A stretch of 31,416 nucleotides of DNA from NCBI GenBank assembly GCA_001629235.1, contig LUSA01000037.1, positions 891-32,306 on the forward strand, read 5' to 3'. Of the stretch, positions 1-10,242 are shown in pieces (the stretch's first letter is position 1; the number at the start of each line of letters is the position of its first letter). A program made the translations under genes and the position numbers. A model generated the notes under the pieces. The model searched no databases and had not been told where the DNA came from. It saw nothing but the letters and a program-made list of their open reading frames with translations. The DNA comes from Marine group II euryarchaeote REDSEA-S43_B8. GTDB lineage: Archaea > Thermoplasmatota > Poseidoniia > Poseidoniales > Thalassarchaeaceae.

Positions 1-3000
1 AGTGTACTGCCCGTCGAATTCAACTAGCCTAATCGTGGGAGTCCTCGGGGAGTCGGGGCCACCGAGACCTGCTACCTGGTTTCCTGCCTTGTCTGTGGAG
101 GTAATCCAGAACGAGACCTTGTCCCCGTCACTTATCTCGAACTCCAAGGAAGGTGAGAAGTCTAACTCCCCCCGATATACGTGAACGCCTTCTACACTTG
201 AGAACCAAGGAACTTCGCCGCTGTCCTCAGTACCGGGGATAATCTGGCCGTTCCTCTGGAATGCCCATGAGACCTGAAGAGGTCCGAAGTTCATCCCTAT
301 CTCCTCCATGATGGTAATCGTGACGGTGACTGAGTCCATGTTGTTGGTCTCGATCACTGTGAGTGAAGAGTCCGGATATGCTTCAACGTTGAACAATGCC
401 GTGGGAGGCTTAGTATCCACTGTTACGGAGGCCTGTGAGTCCTCGACCGAGTGAGCGTTGCCCGGTACTCCGATTAATGAGGTAGTGAGAACTGTCGTTG
501 GCTCTATGGGTTGGAAATTTGGCAAGGTCATCTCTACTGTGAAATTGCCATTGGCATCCACAGCACCCAAGGACTCGTAGTTCCCGCTCCCGTATGTCAT
601 CGAAAGCACTGCGGTTAGATCCTGGTTTACCTCGGAGATCCTAATCCCAGATCCTTCGTGGTGGACAGAACCGCTAACTGAGAAGGTGTCCCCCTGTCCG
701 AGGTAGAGAGAGGTCCCTAAAGCTGGAATTATCGGCTCCGATAAGTCCTCTGCTGCGTTTGGAATAGCGGAAATCCTGTTGTCTAGGCGCCATGAAAGAG
801 AGCTGAGGACTTCTGACTCAATCTGATCCAATCCATCCTCCACCAATACTCTGGGCTTGCAGTCGAAGTCTTGCTCTGTGAATGGCATGTCCCACGAAAT
901 CTTGAACCTGACGCTCAGCTCGGTTACAGTGGAGGTGATGGCCTCGGTGCTGGCCCCAATAACCTCCAACATGCTACTGCTAGGGCTTAGCAGCGTAGAG
1001 GTGAATGGCTCGTAGGAGAATACCCCGTATTCGCTTCCGTAGCCGCAGAGGAATACAGAAATGTTGTCAATAGTTCTGAATCCGTTCGGTTCGTCCAGCC
1101 TCACCTTGAATGTGTGCTCAATTCCCGGTACAAGGAAGTAGTCGATACTGTCTTGTGTAAGCCTGTCCAATGAGAACGTTGAGCCGCCTCCGGAACCAGT
1201 CCCGAGACCTGCGCCTGCGAATTCGACCATCACGTCCTCTGCCACGACGACCGAGGCCCATGAGTTGGTAGCACCGGGGCCCCCTCCTGTGGAGCCGTCC
1301 TGGTAGCTAAGTCCTACCCAATCCGTACCCTCGACATAGAGGTGTATAAGCTCGTTATCCATCGAGGAGACATCTATTCCCATGAACTGAACTTGCTGCT
1401 CCCCGGTTAGCCCGACGCTGAGCTCCCTGTTCTGGGACTGGTACTCTGATTCATCGGCAATTCCGTCAGAATTCTGATCGTCTACCCCCTCCCTCCAGTA
1501 TCTCAGAGTAAGAGACTCCCCTCTGGCCTGATCTTCACTGATTGTTATGTAAGGGGAGAAAGTTGTCGGTGGGACTACCATGCCGTCAACAAACTGAAGC
1601 CCGACAGGAGTCTGGACTTGCATCCTACTCGCCACGGGAGGACTATTGTCTACCACAATGTCCACCATTGGGGGGACTCCAGTAGTGTCTTCTGCCCCGT
1701 TAGTTGAGGATGAAGGCCCTACTCTCAACATCAGGGGAGAGAGAGTCATGGAAGACAACCCAGTGGGAGATTGAATCACGCCTGAGAAGGACCCCTGATC
1801 TCCTACCTGTAGAGAGTATATGGATCCCGAGAGGTTCAATGCTACGGAAAAATCACTTGCTTGAGGCCTCCGATTCTCATTGTCCTGGAATCTAACTGTT
1901 CCCGATATATTCAGGGGCCCCCCTTCTTGGATGGGGAACGGGTAGAATAGGGTATCATAAGTATTGGAAATTACCCTGTCAAACTGGTCTCTGATCTCGA
2001 AGTAGTCTATCTGTAGATCGTTCTCTACGGCATTCTCACCGGAACGACCGCTCTCAGACGTAGCAGGCCAAATGGTTTCCCCGTCTAGATCGTTCGCTCG
2101 GGCCTCCCACTCTATGCTTTCTACATCGTCCCAGTTCCAATCAACTTTGAACTTCCAGTGGACTTCGATATCGACGTAACCGTCGCTATGCAGAGACTCT
2201 GTGACATAGCTCGCACCCACGCTCAGAGGAGCTATGCTGTCTCCTGAGTTCTGTGAGAATTGCACATCTCCCGAGCCTGCCCCCCAGAGGCCATCGGGAC
2301 TATTCTCGACCCTGAAGCCGATAGATTGGCCGTCCGAGGATGTGCCGACTAAGGTGATATCAGCGAGTTGAGAGTTGTCATAGAGATGATGGTGACTTGT
2401 GACGATTTCGATTATCTCACCGTCTGGATAGAACGTATTAGGGACTGAGAAATCTCTGTTTACAAACATGAAGTCGTAGACTATCGAACCATCCAAGGAG
2501 AGTGCTCCGTAGTCCGAGGTATAACTCAGTGGGATGTCCGTCTCGTCTTCGAAGTCGACATCGGATATCCCATCCAAGTATCCTTCGATTCCTGGTCCCA
2601 GGCCGGACACGTTCTCAAAGAATAGGTATCCAATACCCATTGAAGAAATGTGTACTGTCTGGGCAGAGTTGGAGGATACTGATATTGGGACCTCGAGCCA
2701 ATCCCTGCCGTTCTGAGCGTCAGTGTGGGTGGGGTTGAGATACCCTATTCCAGAAATCTGTGCCTGGCTGAGAATGCTTGTGAAGGCTGAGTTCCCGGAT
2801 CCTCCAGAAATCGAGGAGCCTGCTACTGAGACAGTCACTGGGGATTCGAAGCCGTCATCGTCTGGAGAGATGCTCACGAAACCAGAGTTGACTGTTGCAG
2901 ATTCGGGAATCAGTGCAGTAAGACTCTGCGGGTTTGTTCCGTCCAGAGCCAGAGAGGCGCTTCGCGAGTATGAGTCTTCGAGAGTCATCCATGACTGCCA

Positions 3001-5889
3001 TCCTAGGTTTCCGTACGCCAGTTGCCCCGAATCATCAATCATCGGGAATTCCCAGTCATCAGAGCCATCATTCAGGACATCCAGATGAGGGTTTGAAGGT
3101 GGGTTGGAGAACGATGAGGTGATTCTCAGAACGTCTATCCACCCGTTAGTGGGAAGGCTTACTGATGTAGAGAAACCCACTTGCTGGGAAGGGAACTGTA
3201 TGGTCCCTCCCTTGCTTGCGGAGCCAAGAGAATTGCCCAGCTTATCGTAGATTGTAACGGAAACTGTGCTGGAAATGTTTCCGTAAATTGTTACGCTCTT
3301 GATGGGACGAGGAGAGAAGACGAACTCAGATGATATCGTCCCGGTTATTGCAGTGGCGTTTAGCAACCCGTCTACGACCTCTATTCCAGCGCTATACTCC
3401 CAGCCATTTTGCCCCGAGTCTGCGTTTAGTACTCTCTTTCCACCGATATGCACCTTCTCCAAGCTTGGAGTCTGCTCGGGGTCATCCGAGCCCATGTGTA
3501 CTTTCAGTCTGACCTGCGGGTACTGTTCGGCGTCTACCCCTGCAAGGCTGAATGGGAATGAGATGTTGGAGAAACCTGGGACCTGTGCCCCAGTGCTAGC
3601 TTCCAATAGCGAACCTCGAATCCATCCATCCTCGCCTGCATGGCCCTCGATGTCGACAAAACCTAGGTTGAATTTGCTGTCGGAGTCCAGCGATATGGAT
3701 GGGCTTAGCCAGCTTCCAGGGATGCCGAAGTTTGAGATTTGGACTCCAGCGTTGTCTATGAACCATCCAGCGAGGCTGTAGTAGCCATCGGATCCAAATG
3801 CGAATTTGAATTTGACAGAGTCTCCCTTGTAGGCATCTAGGTTTGCCCTGAGATTAGTCATCTGACTGGTCGAAGCCCATGTCCCAGACCAAGCAGTACC
3901 AGTACAGTGATCCATCGTGAAAATACCCATTCCCTGTAGGTTATGGCCTGCGAAAGAAGAAGCAGTGCCAGAATACCATCCTGGGTCGAAGTATTGCCAT
4001 GCCCCGTTGTTCACTTTGATGAAAACCGCGCCACCGTCCCATCCTGCCTCTGAACATGACCAATGGTCGAACGTCAGATATGAGGTTCCATTGAGAGGAA
4101 TGTCATAGCTAGGAGAAATCAGTCGTGCCTCATCAATTCCGTTCTCATAATTGCCTGAGAAACCTACCCCATACGCGTAAGGGAAAGAGGCGGTTAGTGG
4201 AGGTCCAGAGTTTGATGAAAGCTTGTTCAATGTGAATTTGCACTTGTCATTGCTACATGTTCCAGATGTCGATCGCGTCCATCCTGGCGCTTCGGAGACT
4301 GTCGGGGAGTTAGCAGTCGAGTCTTCGAATCCGATCATTTCGGATTGGACTCCCTTGGTTACGAGCCTGTAAATCCAGTCATCTGGAGCGGGGTTGCCTT
4401 GAGAATCCGGCATCCCATAGTGGGACATAGTTGAGGATGACGAGAAGTCATCGACGAACATGGTACTTCCATCGTAATCTACCACTCTGAACTGGGATAT
4501 GGTTAGTCCCTCCCTTGTATCCGGAGTCCCTCCCCCGTAATTGAATGAAGAACTGGTGTCAACTACTATTCTGATATCAACGCTGGACTGATCCTGGAAA
4601 CCGGACGGGATGTCGAATGAGACTAATCTAAATTCACCGCTCTGATCCCCGTATGTTTGTCCGTTGTCGGCAGTATAACCATTTCCGGGAATAGGTCCGG
4701 ATCTAGCCGAGCAATCCGAAGAAGTACTGCTAGTGCTTGATGAGATGTCTGCCCATGTATTGCCGTTCAATGAAAGTTCTATGCAAGCATTGTCGCTGGA
4801 ACCACCCTCTAGGTCCCACTCCATGTTGAACTCTATCTTTGACGAGGAGTTCGTGCCAGTTAGGTCGATATTCCTCTCGAGCACTCCGTAGGCGTTTGAG
4901 TTGTATGTGCAAGAAGAAGCTGTCGTGGTGTAGCATCCATGGTGCCAGACATCCAGATCCACACCCTCATTGATGGTCTCGATTTGATCTATGAACCATC
5001 CCGGCCTCTCATTTGTTGAGTCTGGATGGGTCCAGATAACGAATCGGAATTGGATATTATCTGCTTGGTCAATTCCAGAAAGAGAGGATAGTGAGAAGTT
5101 ACTGGTAACCCATCCACTATGAGAGTCGGAAGCAAATACTGGCACAGGTGATGAGGCCCCGCTAGGAACGGGAGCATCGGTCGATAGAGTGCTGGGATAC
5201 CCACCTTGTGGTTCTATGTACGACCAATTTCCCCAATTTGAGTCGGACTGGAGCCTGTATTCAACCCAAGTTCCATCCCCTCCTCCAGATGTTGTACTAT
5301 CTAGGTGGTACCAGTGATCGAAGGTCAGGTAGTATGCACTGATATACTGATTATTTGGCACTGTTTGTGCTGGAACGACTAGATGCCCAAATGTTCCTGC
5401 AGGAACCGGTTCACCGGGCATGGTCCCGGCTGAAACCAGACCCTGGGGAGAGGATGATGGGACAATCCCGTGGGCGAGGGTTTGCTCCTCTCCGTAAATT
5501 GTCCCGTTTAGATCAAGGAAGGTAGTGGCCCTCCAGAGTTTGCTCTCGTGACAAATGAAGACTGTTTCCGATATCTCCGTAGAGTCGAGGTTTCTGTTCT
5601 CATTCAAGTCTAGGCCGGCTAGTTCCTTGAATCCAGAATGGGTACAGTTGGCTCCGCTAGATTCTGGCAAAATATCAACTTCATATTCGTAATAGTCACC
5701 GAGAACTGCTGAAATATCTCCATCGGCACCACTGGTGTCACTGATGACAATTGTCGGAGAAGAAGTGTAGTTCGAACCGCCATCTGTCACTATCGCGGAG
5801 TGGATTACTCCGGTGGAGTAGACATTTGCTGTCAGAGACTCGCCAGTACCATTTGCGACGCCTACCGCGATAACATCTGTTGACTGGTA
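1..5889 (-). CDS. Giant extracellular protein, main body (3'-partial, runs off the window): InhA/MAM-like jelly-roll modules followed by Ig-like beta-sandwich domains
   Basis: My manual translation finds the minus-strand frame with codons at 3n+1..3n+3 open from 5997 to position 1 (about 1,960 codons from 5889). It is absent from the ORF track, presumably because it has no stop in the window. It is Ser/Thr/Gly/Asp-rich, with motifs LTFDHWYHLD..GDGTWVEY..GWFIDQI, LTFDHWSCSEAGWDGGAVFI..GWFIDN, VDNSPP, VDTKPP and STDKAGN. Confidence 0.85.
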
Positions 5890-6658
5890 ATGATGCCTGC
5901 GCCCCTGTGCCGTCGCATTGACATTGGATCTGAACCTGATCAGTAGTGTCAAAACCAGAACCCCCGTTATTGATTGTGATGCTCTCAATTCCTGAGCTTA
6001 CGGCGTATGTTCCAGAGAATCCGGATCCCCCTCCTCCAGTGGCAGATAGGTTGCCTGCTGAGTACCCCGTTCCGGAATCATCTATTGAGAGGGAAGTGAT
6101 GACATCGTCATTTGCGAAGGACTCGCAGAATACGAGAGTGTCAATCAACTCATCGGAGTCTAGGACCTGGTTGAAATTATTATCCAAACCGTGTTGAATG
6201 TAGTCTCCAGCAGAGCCAGAGCATCCTGAGAGGTTTGTGGAGGAGGATTTGACGAAGACCCTTCTCCAACCAGGAGAGTATGTGTAGTCAGAATTCAGAG
6301 TAACTTCGATTTCCCCGACATCGAATGTACTGACATTTGAACGAGTCCCGTCGTCCTTTAGGACCAAATCCCCATCATCATTCATCTCGACACCGAACAT
6401 ATTGCCAGAGCCGAAACTATCCTCGTCCCAAACGATACCAGAATCTGAGGATGATGGCAGCGGGGAGTTGGTCACATGTACCCATCCGTCCATGACAGTA
6501 GCATTCGTGGGTACGGTGAATCCGTCCACCACAGTAGGGGTTCCATCGCTGTTAATCATCGATGGACCGGACCAATTGGAAACCCCTGCATATGAGACAG
6601 GGGATAGTACCATTAGTAGTGTCATTGCTATTGCTAGTCTTGCGCGTTCGCTGGGCAT
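5890..6658 (-). CDS. N-terminal part of the same giant protein (signal peptide, Cys-bracketed DxNxN motif, GSGY repeats); frame break at 5889/5890
   Basis: ORF 5738..6658 starts with the signal-like MPSERARLAIAMTLLMVLSPVSYAG. It reads like the rest of the protein until GTGAQAS (5891), then turns Arg-rich and atypical. The adjacent frame resumes the repeat pattern with YQSTDVIAVG at 5889. Confidence 0.8.
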
Positions 6659-6724
6659 GCTTTGGCTGTAGGTTATGTTAGTTATGAATCAATCTGCGCC
6701 ATAGACATGTGGTGGCATTTCGAC

Positions 6725-6799
6725 TGGAGCCACTGGGGGGAATTGAACCCCCGACCTTCGCCTTACCAAGGCGACGCTATACCTCTAAGCCACAGTGGC
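6725..6799 (-). tRNA. tRNA-Thr(GGT), CCA encoded, no intron
   Basis: Acceptor stem GCCACTG/CAGTGGC, anticodon arm TCGCC-TTGGTAA-GGCGA, T-arm GGGGG-TTCAATT-CCCCC, discriminator T followed by CCA. Confidence 0.97.
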
Positions 6800-6827
6800 A
6801 GTGCAACAACGACCTAAGTGGCTGGTT

Positions 6828-6833
6828 TAATCG
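6828..6833 (-). promoter_or_regulatory. Possible TATA box (ATTAAA on minus strand) for tRNA-Thr
   Basis: AT-rich hexamer about 29 nt upstream of the mature tRNA 5' end, matching typical archaeal TATA spacing. Position only. Confidence 0.3.
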
Positions 6834-6901
6834 TGGCGACTAGGAGGTGGAGATTTTTTGAAACGTCATTGTGAAAACCTGAGCACCTGTGGGCCTGACT
6901 A

Positions 6902-6988
6902 GCCGAGGTCGCATAGCCCGGTATTGCGCGGGCCTGGAAAGCCCGTGGGATTTTTCCCTCGCGAGTTCAAATCTCGCCCTCGGCGCCA
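6902..6988 (+). tRNA. tRNA-Ser(GGA), long variable arm, CCA encoded
   Basis: Acceptor stem GCCGAGG/CCTCGGC, anticodon arm CGGGC-CTGGAAA-GCCCG, variable arm GGGA-TTTT-TCCC, T-arm GCGAG-TTCAAAT-CTCGC, discriminator G followed by CCA. Confidence 0.97.
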
Positions 6989-7064
6989 AAATATGCATAA
7001 TTAACTCCATTCACCGTATCCGAAGGATGGGATTCTTATTCAATGCCACTAGCCTAAGAATATC

Positions 7065-8219
7065 ATGGAGTTGCGGAGTGACGGTGAGTCAGAAGCCGAG
7101 GGGGTTGCTCTCATGGAAAGGCTGAGCGACCATCCTACGGGAAGTATCTTCTCAAATTTCAACAGACGTTTGCAAATTCTAGATGATTTATTTTCAGAGA
7201 TTAGCTACAGTTTCAATCTAATCAAGAAATACTGGGGGGCCAAGGAACTGGTGATGATGGCTTTTTGCGTCTCTGGTTTCATTCTAGGTACCTGGGACCT
7301 CGGAATTGGAGAGATTTCGAGTGGCGGAGACTACGATCGTTGGGGCATAATGGGGGATGAAAGTGGATTCTTGCACATGAAAGATCTGGCTCTAATTGTG
7401 TCACTACTTTCCTTGATTTGTTGGTTGGGTTTCGTAGTCATGCTCTGGAATAGTTACCCCATAATGAGGGAAAATATGCTTTACCTTTTGATTGGAATGG
7501 GCTTCATACTGTTCGGTTTCATAAGGGCACATGCAGAGAACCCGGATTTTCCCACAGAAGCAGGACTAAAGAGTTGGACTTGGGTAATTATTGCAAATCT
7601 GATATTGCTTTTCCTATCCACTTTCGTAGTTAGGCGCGCAGTTGTAGAGACTCGGGACATTCATGTCCAAAGAAAGCATGCGCATCCAGATCCCAGAGTG
7701 GTTGATCGGGCATGGAAAGATCATAGCTTATTTGCATGGAGTAGTGCTATCGCAATATGGATTGTTTTCTTGAATATCAGTTTCTGGAGTAGCACCCACT
7801 CAATCGCACCTAGTCCAGGAGATCTAGACTTCAGTTTCTCGCTTGTCCTGATTCATATTTTGACTGGAATAATTGCCACATTTCTCTTGTTGATTATAGT
7901 CTGGTTTCCCGAGTTCATGCTTGGTGCAACGGAAGCCAGAATTCAATCATCTAGAGCGCGAGAGGTCTCGGGGGAAGAAGTCCAGGCCAAGAAGGTCGAG
8001 CAGGGGAAGTGTCCCGTGTGCAATCAGAACACTATCGCTACTATGGACGAGGAAGGGAAAATCACGATACCCTGTGAGATTGAAGGATGTAGAGGCAAGG
8101 GGATAGTGGGTTCGGATTGTAAAGAATGTGACAGTAAGATACCAACTAGATTAGTATGCGTCAATTGCGGATCGAACACACCCGTAGGGGGTCACTTTGG
8201 AAGGGTTGAGGCTTGGTGA
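7065..8219 (+). CDS. Polytopic membrane protein with a C-terminal double zinc-ribbon-like domain
   Basis: About 7 hydrophobic segments followed by CPVC, CEIEGC, CKEC and CVNC. The start may instead be the ATG at 7113 (MERLSD). Confidence 0.8.
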   Translation: MELRSDGESEAEGVALMERLSDHPTGSIFSNFNRRLQILDDLFSEISYSFNLIKKYWGAKELVMMAFCVSGFILGTWDLGIGEISSGGDYDRWGIMGDESGFLHMKDLALIVSLLSLICWLGFVVMLWNSYPIMRENMLYLLIGMGFILFGFIRAHAENPDFPTEAGLKSWTWVIIANLILLFLSTFVVRRAVVETRDIHVQRKHAHPDPRVVDRAWKDHSLFAWSSAIAIWIVFLNISFWSSTHSIAPSPGDLDFSFSLVLIHILTGIIATFLLLIIVWFPEFMLGATEARIQSSRAREVSGEEVQAKKVEQGKCPVCNQNTIATMDEEGKITIPCEIEGCRGKGIVGSDCKECDSKIPTRLVCVNCGSNTPVGGHFGRVEAW

Positions 8220-9370
8220 AGGAATCCTCTTCCTTAATCCGTGACGGCGATGACGAGGAGTCAGTTGAGTCATCGGAAAAAGACGCGATCACGTCGGTGA
8301 TTGCGGTTAGTATGTCGTTGATTGTAATTTTTGCATCCTCAATTACAATAATCTACCTCTGGAAGGGAGAAGATGGTTTCGTAATTGAAAGGCCATCATC
8401 GGCATTGCTATCTTGGCAAATGGAATACATGGACCTAATAGGAGCGAACAATGAATCACTAACTGAACTAAATGGGGAGGGAGTGGTTGTTTGTGTGGTG
8501 GATTCAGGTGTCGATCTGGATCATCCCGATTTACGAGGAGTTGAGTTGAGAGGATGGAGAGACTCAATCAATGGAATTGAAGAGCCATATGATGACGAGG
8601 GCCATGGCACTGCAATGACGGGAATAATCGTCTCCGACGGAGGTTTGGATGGGGTCGCAAAGGGAGTGGATTTACTAGTTGCAAAGGCCATAAATGATGA
8701 GGGGCAGGGGACCGATGGGACCGTCTCTGATTCTGTAGACTGGTGCGTACAGCAAGGAGCAGACATCATCTCTCTAAGCTTGGGCGGAAGTCAGAGTTTC
8801 GGTTCTGACTTCTTCACCACAGATGAGTTGGAACAATCGGTTGACGATGCTCTGGATAGTGGAGTATTCGTGGTTTCTTCTGCCGGTAATGATGGAGAGG
8901 ATGACGATGGGGATGTAGGCTCCCCGGGTTCAGTCGAGGGCGTTATCTGCGTTGGTGGAATTACGCGTTCTGGAAGCATCTGGTCAGGCAGCTCCGAAGG
9001 AGACAATGATGGCAGACTGTGGCCAAACCCGATTCTACCTAGAAGCGATCCGGATAAGAAGCCGGAGATTGTAGGTCCGGGACACGAAGTACCTGTCCTA
9101 ATGGCTTCGGGAGCGAGCAACTCTGAATGGTGGGGTTGGTCCAGCGGGACATCGGCAGCAACTGCCTGGGTAAGTGGTTCTCTCGCACTTTTGTTACAGG
9201 AGAATCCGGATCTCCAGAGAGAGAATTCTACTGGTAGGCAGGCAATAGAAGGAGTGAAGGATGCTATTGCTCAGTCTTCACAGAAGAAGGATGGGCAGGA
9301 GAGTCATGATGATCACTATGGGTATGGGCACCTTAGGATTGATTTGCTAATCTCCTATTTTGATGATTGA
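8213..9370 (+). CDS. S8 (subtilisin-family) serine protease with N-terminal membrane anchor
   Basis: Triad motifs VVDSGVD, GHGTAMTG and SGTSAAT, oxyanion-hole AGND, and an N-terminal hydrophobic helix. It overlaps the upstream gene, and GTG 8216 is an alternative start. Confidence 0.93.
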   Translation: MVKESSSLIRDGDDEESVESSEKDAITSVIAVSMSLIVIFASSITIIYLWKGEDGFVIERPSSALLSWQMEYMDLIGANNESLTELNGEGVVVCVVDSGVDLDHPDLRGVELRGWRDSINGIEEPYDDEGHGTAMTGIIVSDGGLDGVAKGVDLLVAKAINDEGQGTDGTVSDSVDWCVQQGADIISLSLGGSQSFGSDFFTTDELEQSVDDALDSGVFVVSSAGNDGEDDDGDVGSPGSVEGVICVGGITRSGSIWSGSSEGDNDGRLWPNPILPRSDPDKKPEIVGPGHEVPVLMASGASNSEWWGWSSGTSAATAWVSGSLALLLQENPDLQRENSTGRQAIEGVKDAIAQSSQKKDGQESHDDHYGYGHLRIDLLISYFDD

Positions 9371-9372
9371 CT

Positions 9373-10167
9373 CTAGGATTTTTTGAGGAAAGCGACGAGG
9401 GTGCCTCCCGTCAAGTCAGTAAAACCGACCAAATGCTCTTCGTTGACCTCCCTGACTAGCTCAATCCACCTGTTAAATGATCGAACCTTCATCTGAGCGG
9501 GAGTGAGTTCAACTCCGGAAACAATTTCTCCCACGTCGCCCGTGGGAACGGTCGGCTCTAGGAGAAGAACTAGCCCTCCAGGAGAAACCAACTCAAAGAC
9601 AGATTTCGCTGCATCGGCACGGTCATCTTCTGGTAAATCGACGACTACCAAGTCTACAGGCATTGGTAAATCGGAATTCAATGCTGATTCGTCAATAGAG
9701 ACGTTTGAAGCCCTGGAAGAAATTGTCTCAGCGATCACTTCTTGCCAATTCATGGAAACAACTTGTGCCCAATCTCCTGCTTCGTACCTCCTGATTAGTC
9801 GCTCAATGATGACGCAGAACCTTTTTCCGGGCTCAATAATCCTAAGAGATTCTGGACGATTTGTTTGTATTTTCTCATTCTCCGAACTGATGGGCGACCA
9901 TAGATCGAAGAGCCATGCAGACAGATGGCCGATCCCCCCTCCTATGATCACGGCATTCTTCGGACTTATTCTCGAGCACACGTCTCTGATCCTAGCTCTG
10001 ATTGAGCGAGGGAGTAGGGGAATGTCCATGTGCAGCATTTGCTCTCCAATGCTTGATGCCACCTCTGGTTCAGACTGATCCCTCTCTTCGTCCTCTGAAA
10101 GAAGAATGGTCATAATATCAGAATCTGACCTCATTGGCAAACCTGAACTTCTTTCGCCTACGTCCAC
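9373..10167 (-). CDS. Class I SAM-dependent O-methyltransferase-like fold protein (degenerate; resembles the Methyltransf_3/TrmR family)
   Basis: Motif I-like PKNAVIIGGGIGH, post-I IIEP, VDLVVVD, VSPGGLVL and C-terminal GGTLVAFLKKS. The true start is uncertain and may be a later Met. Confidence 0.55.
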   Translation of the reverse strand: MDVGERSSGLPMRSDSDIMTILLSEDEERDQSEPEVASSIGEQMLHMDIPLLPRSIRARIRDVCSRISPKNAVIIGGGIGHLSAWLFDLWSPISSENEKIQTNRPESLRIIEPGKRFCVIIERLIRRYEAGDWAQVVSMNWQEVIAETISSRASNVSIDESALNSDLPMPVDLVVVDLPEDDRADAAKSVFELVSPGGLVLLLEPTVPTGDVGEIVSGVELTPAQMKVRSFNRWIELVREVNEEHLVGFTDLTGGTLVAFLKKS

Positions 10168-10242
10168 GTGTTACTCTGGCAACCACTACACTTCAACCAT
10201 GCTCTAGGATGGTTTGAAGACTATGCAACCTCACCATCTATC

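Noticed and set aside
5738-5889. Arg-rich C-terminus of ORF 5738..6658 (PVNRCYRGRRRKWYW...)
   Set aside because: This is out-of-frame read-through past the break at 5890. The alternative frame continues the repeat pattern and composition of the protein.
2-6671. Many 60-160 aa plus-strand ORFs and two short minus-strand ORFs over the giant gene
   Set aside because: They are antisense or alternate-frame shadows of the long real frame, with no recognisable motifs.
6659-6800. Integrative element or prophage at tRNA-Thr
   Set aside because: No integrase, no duplicated tRNA 3' end and no obvious compositional shift within the window.
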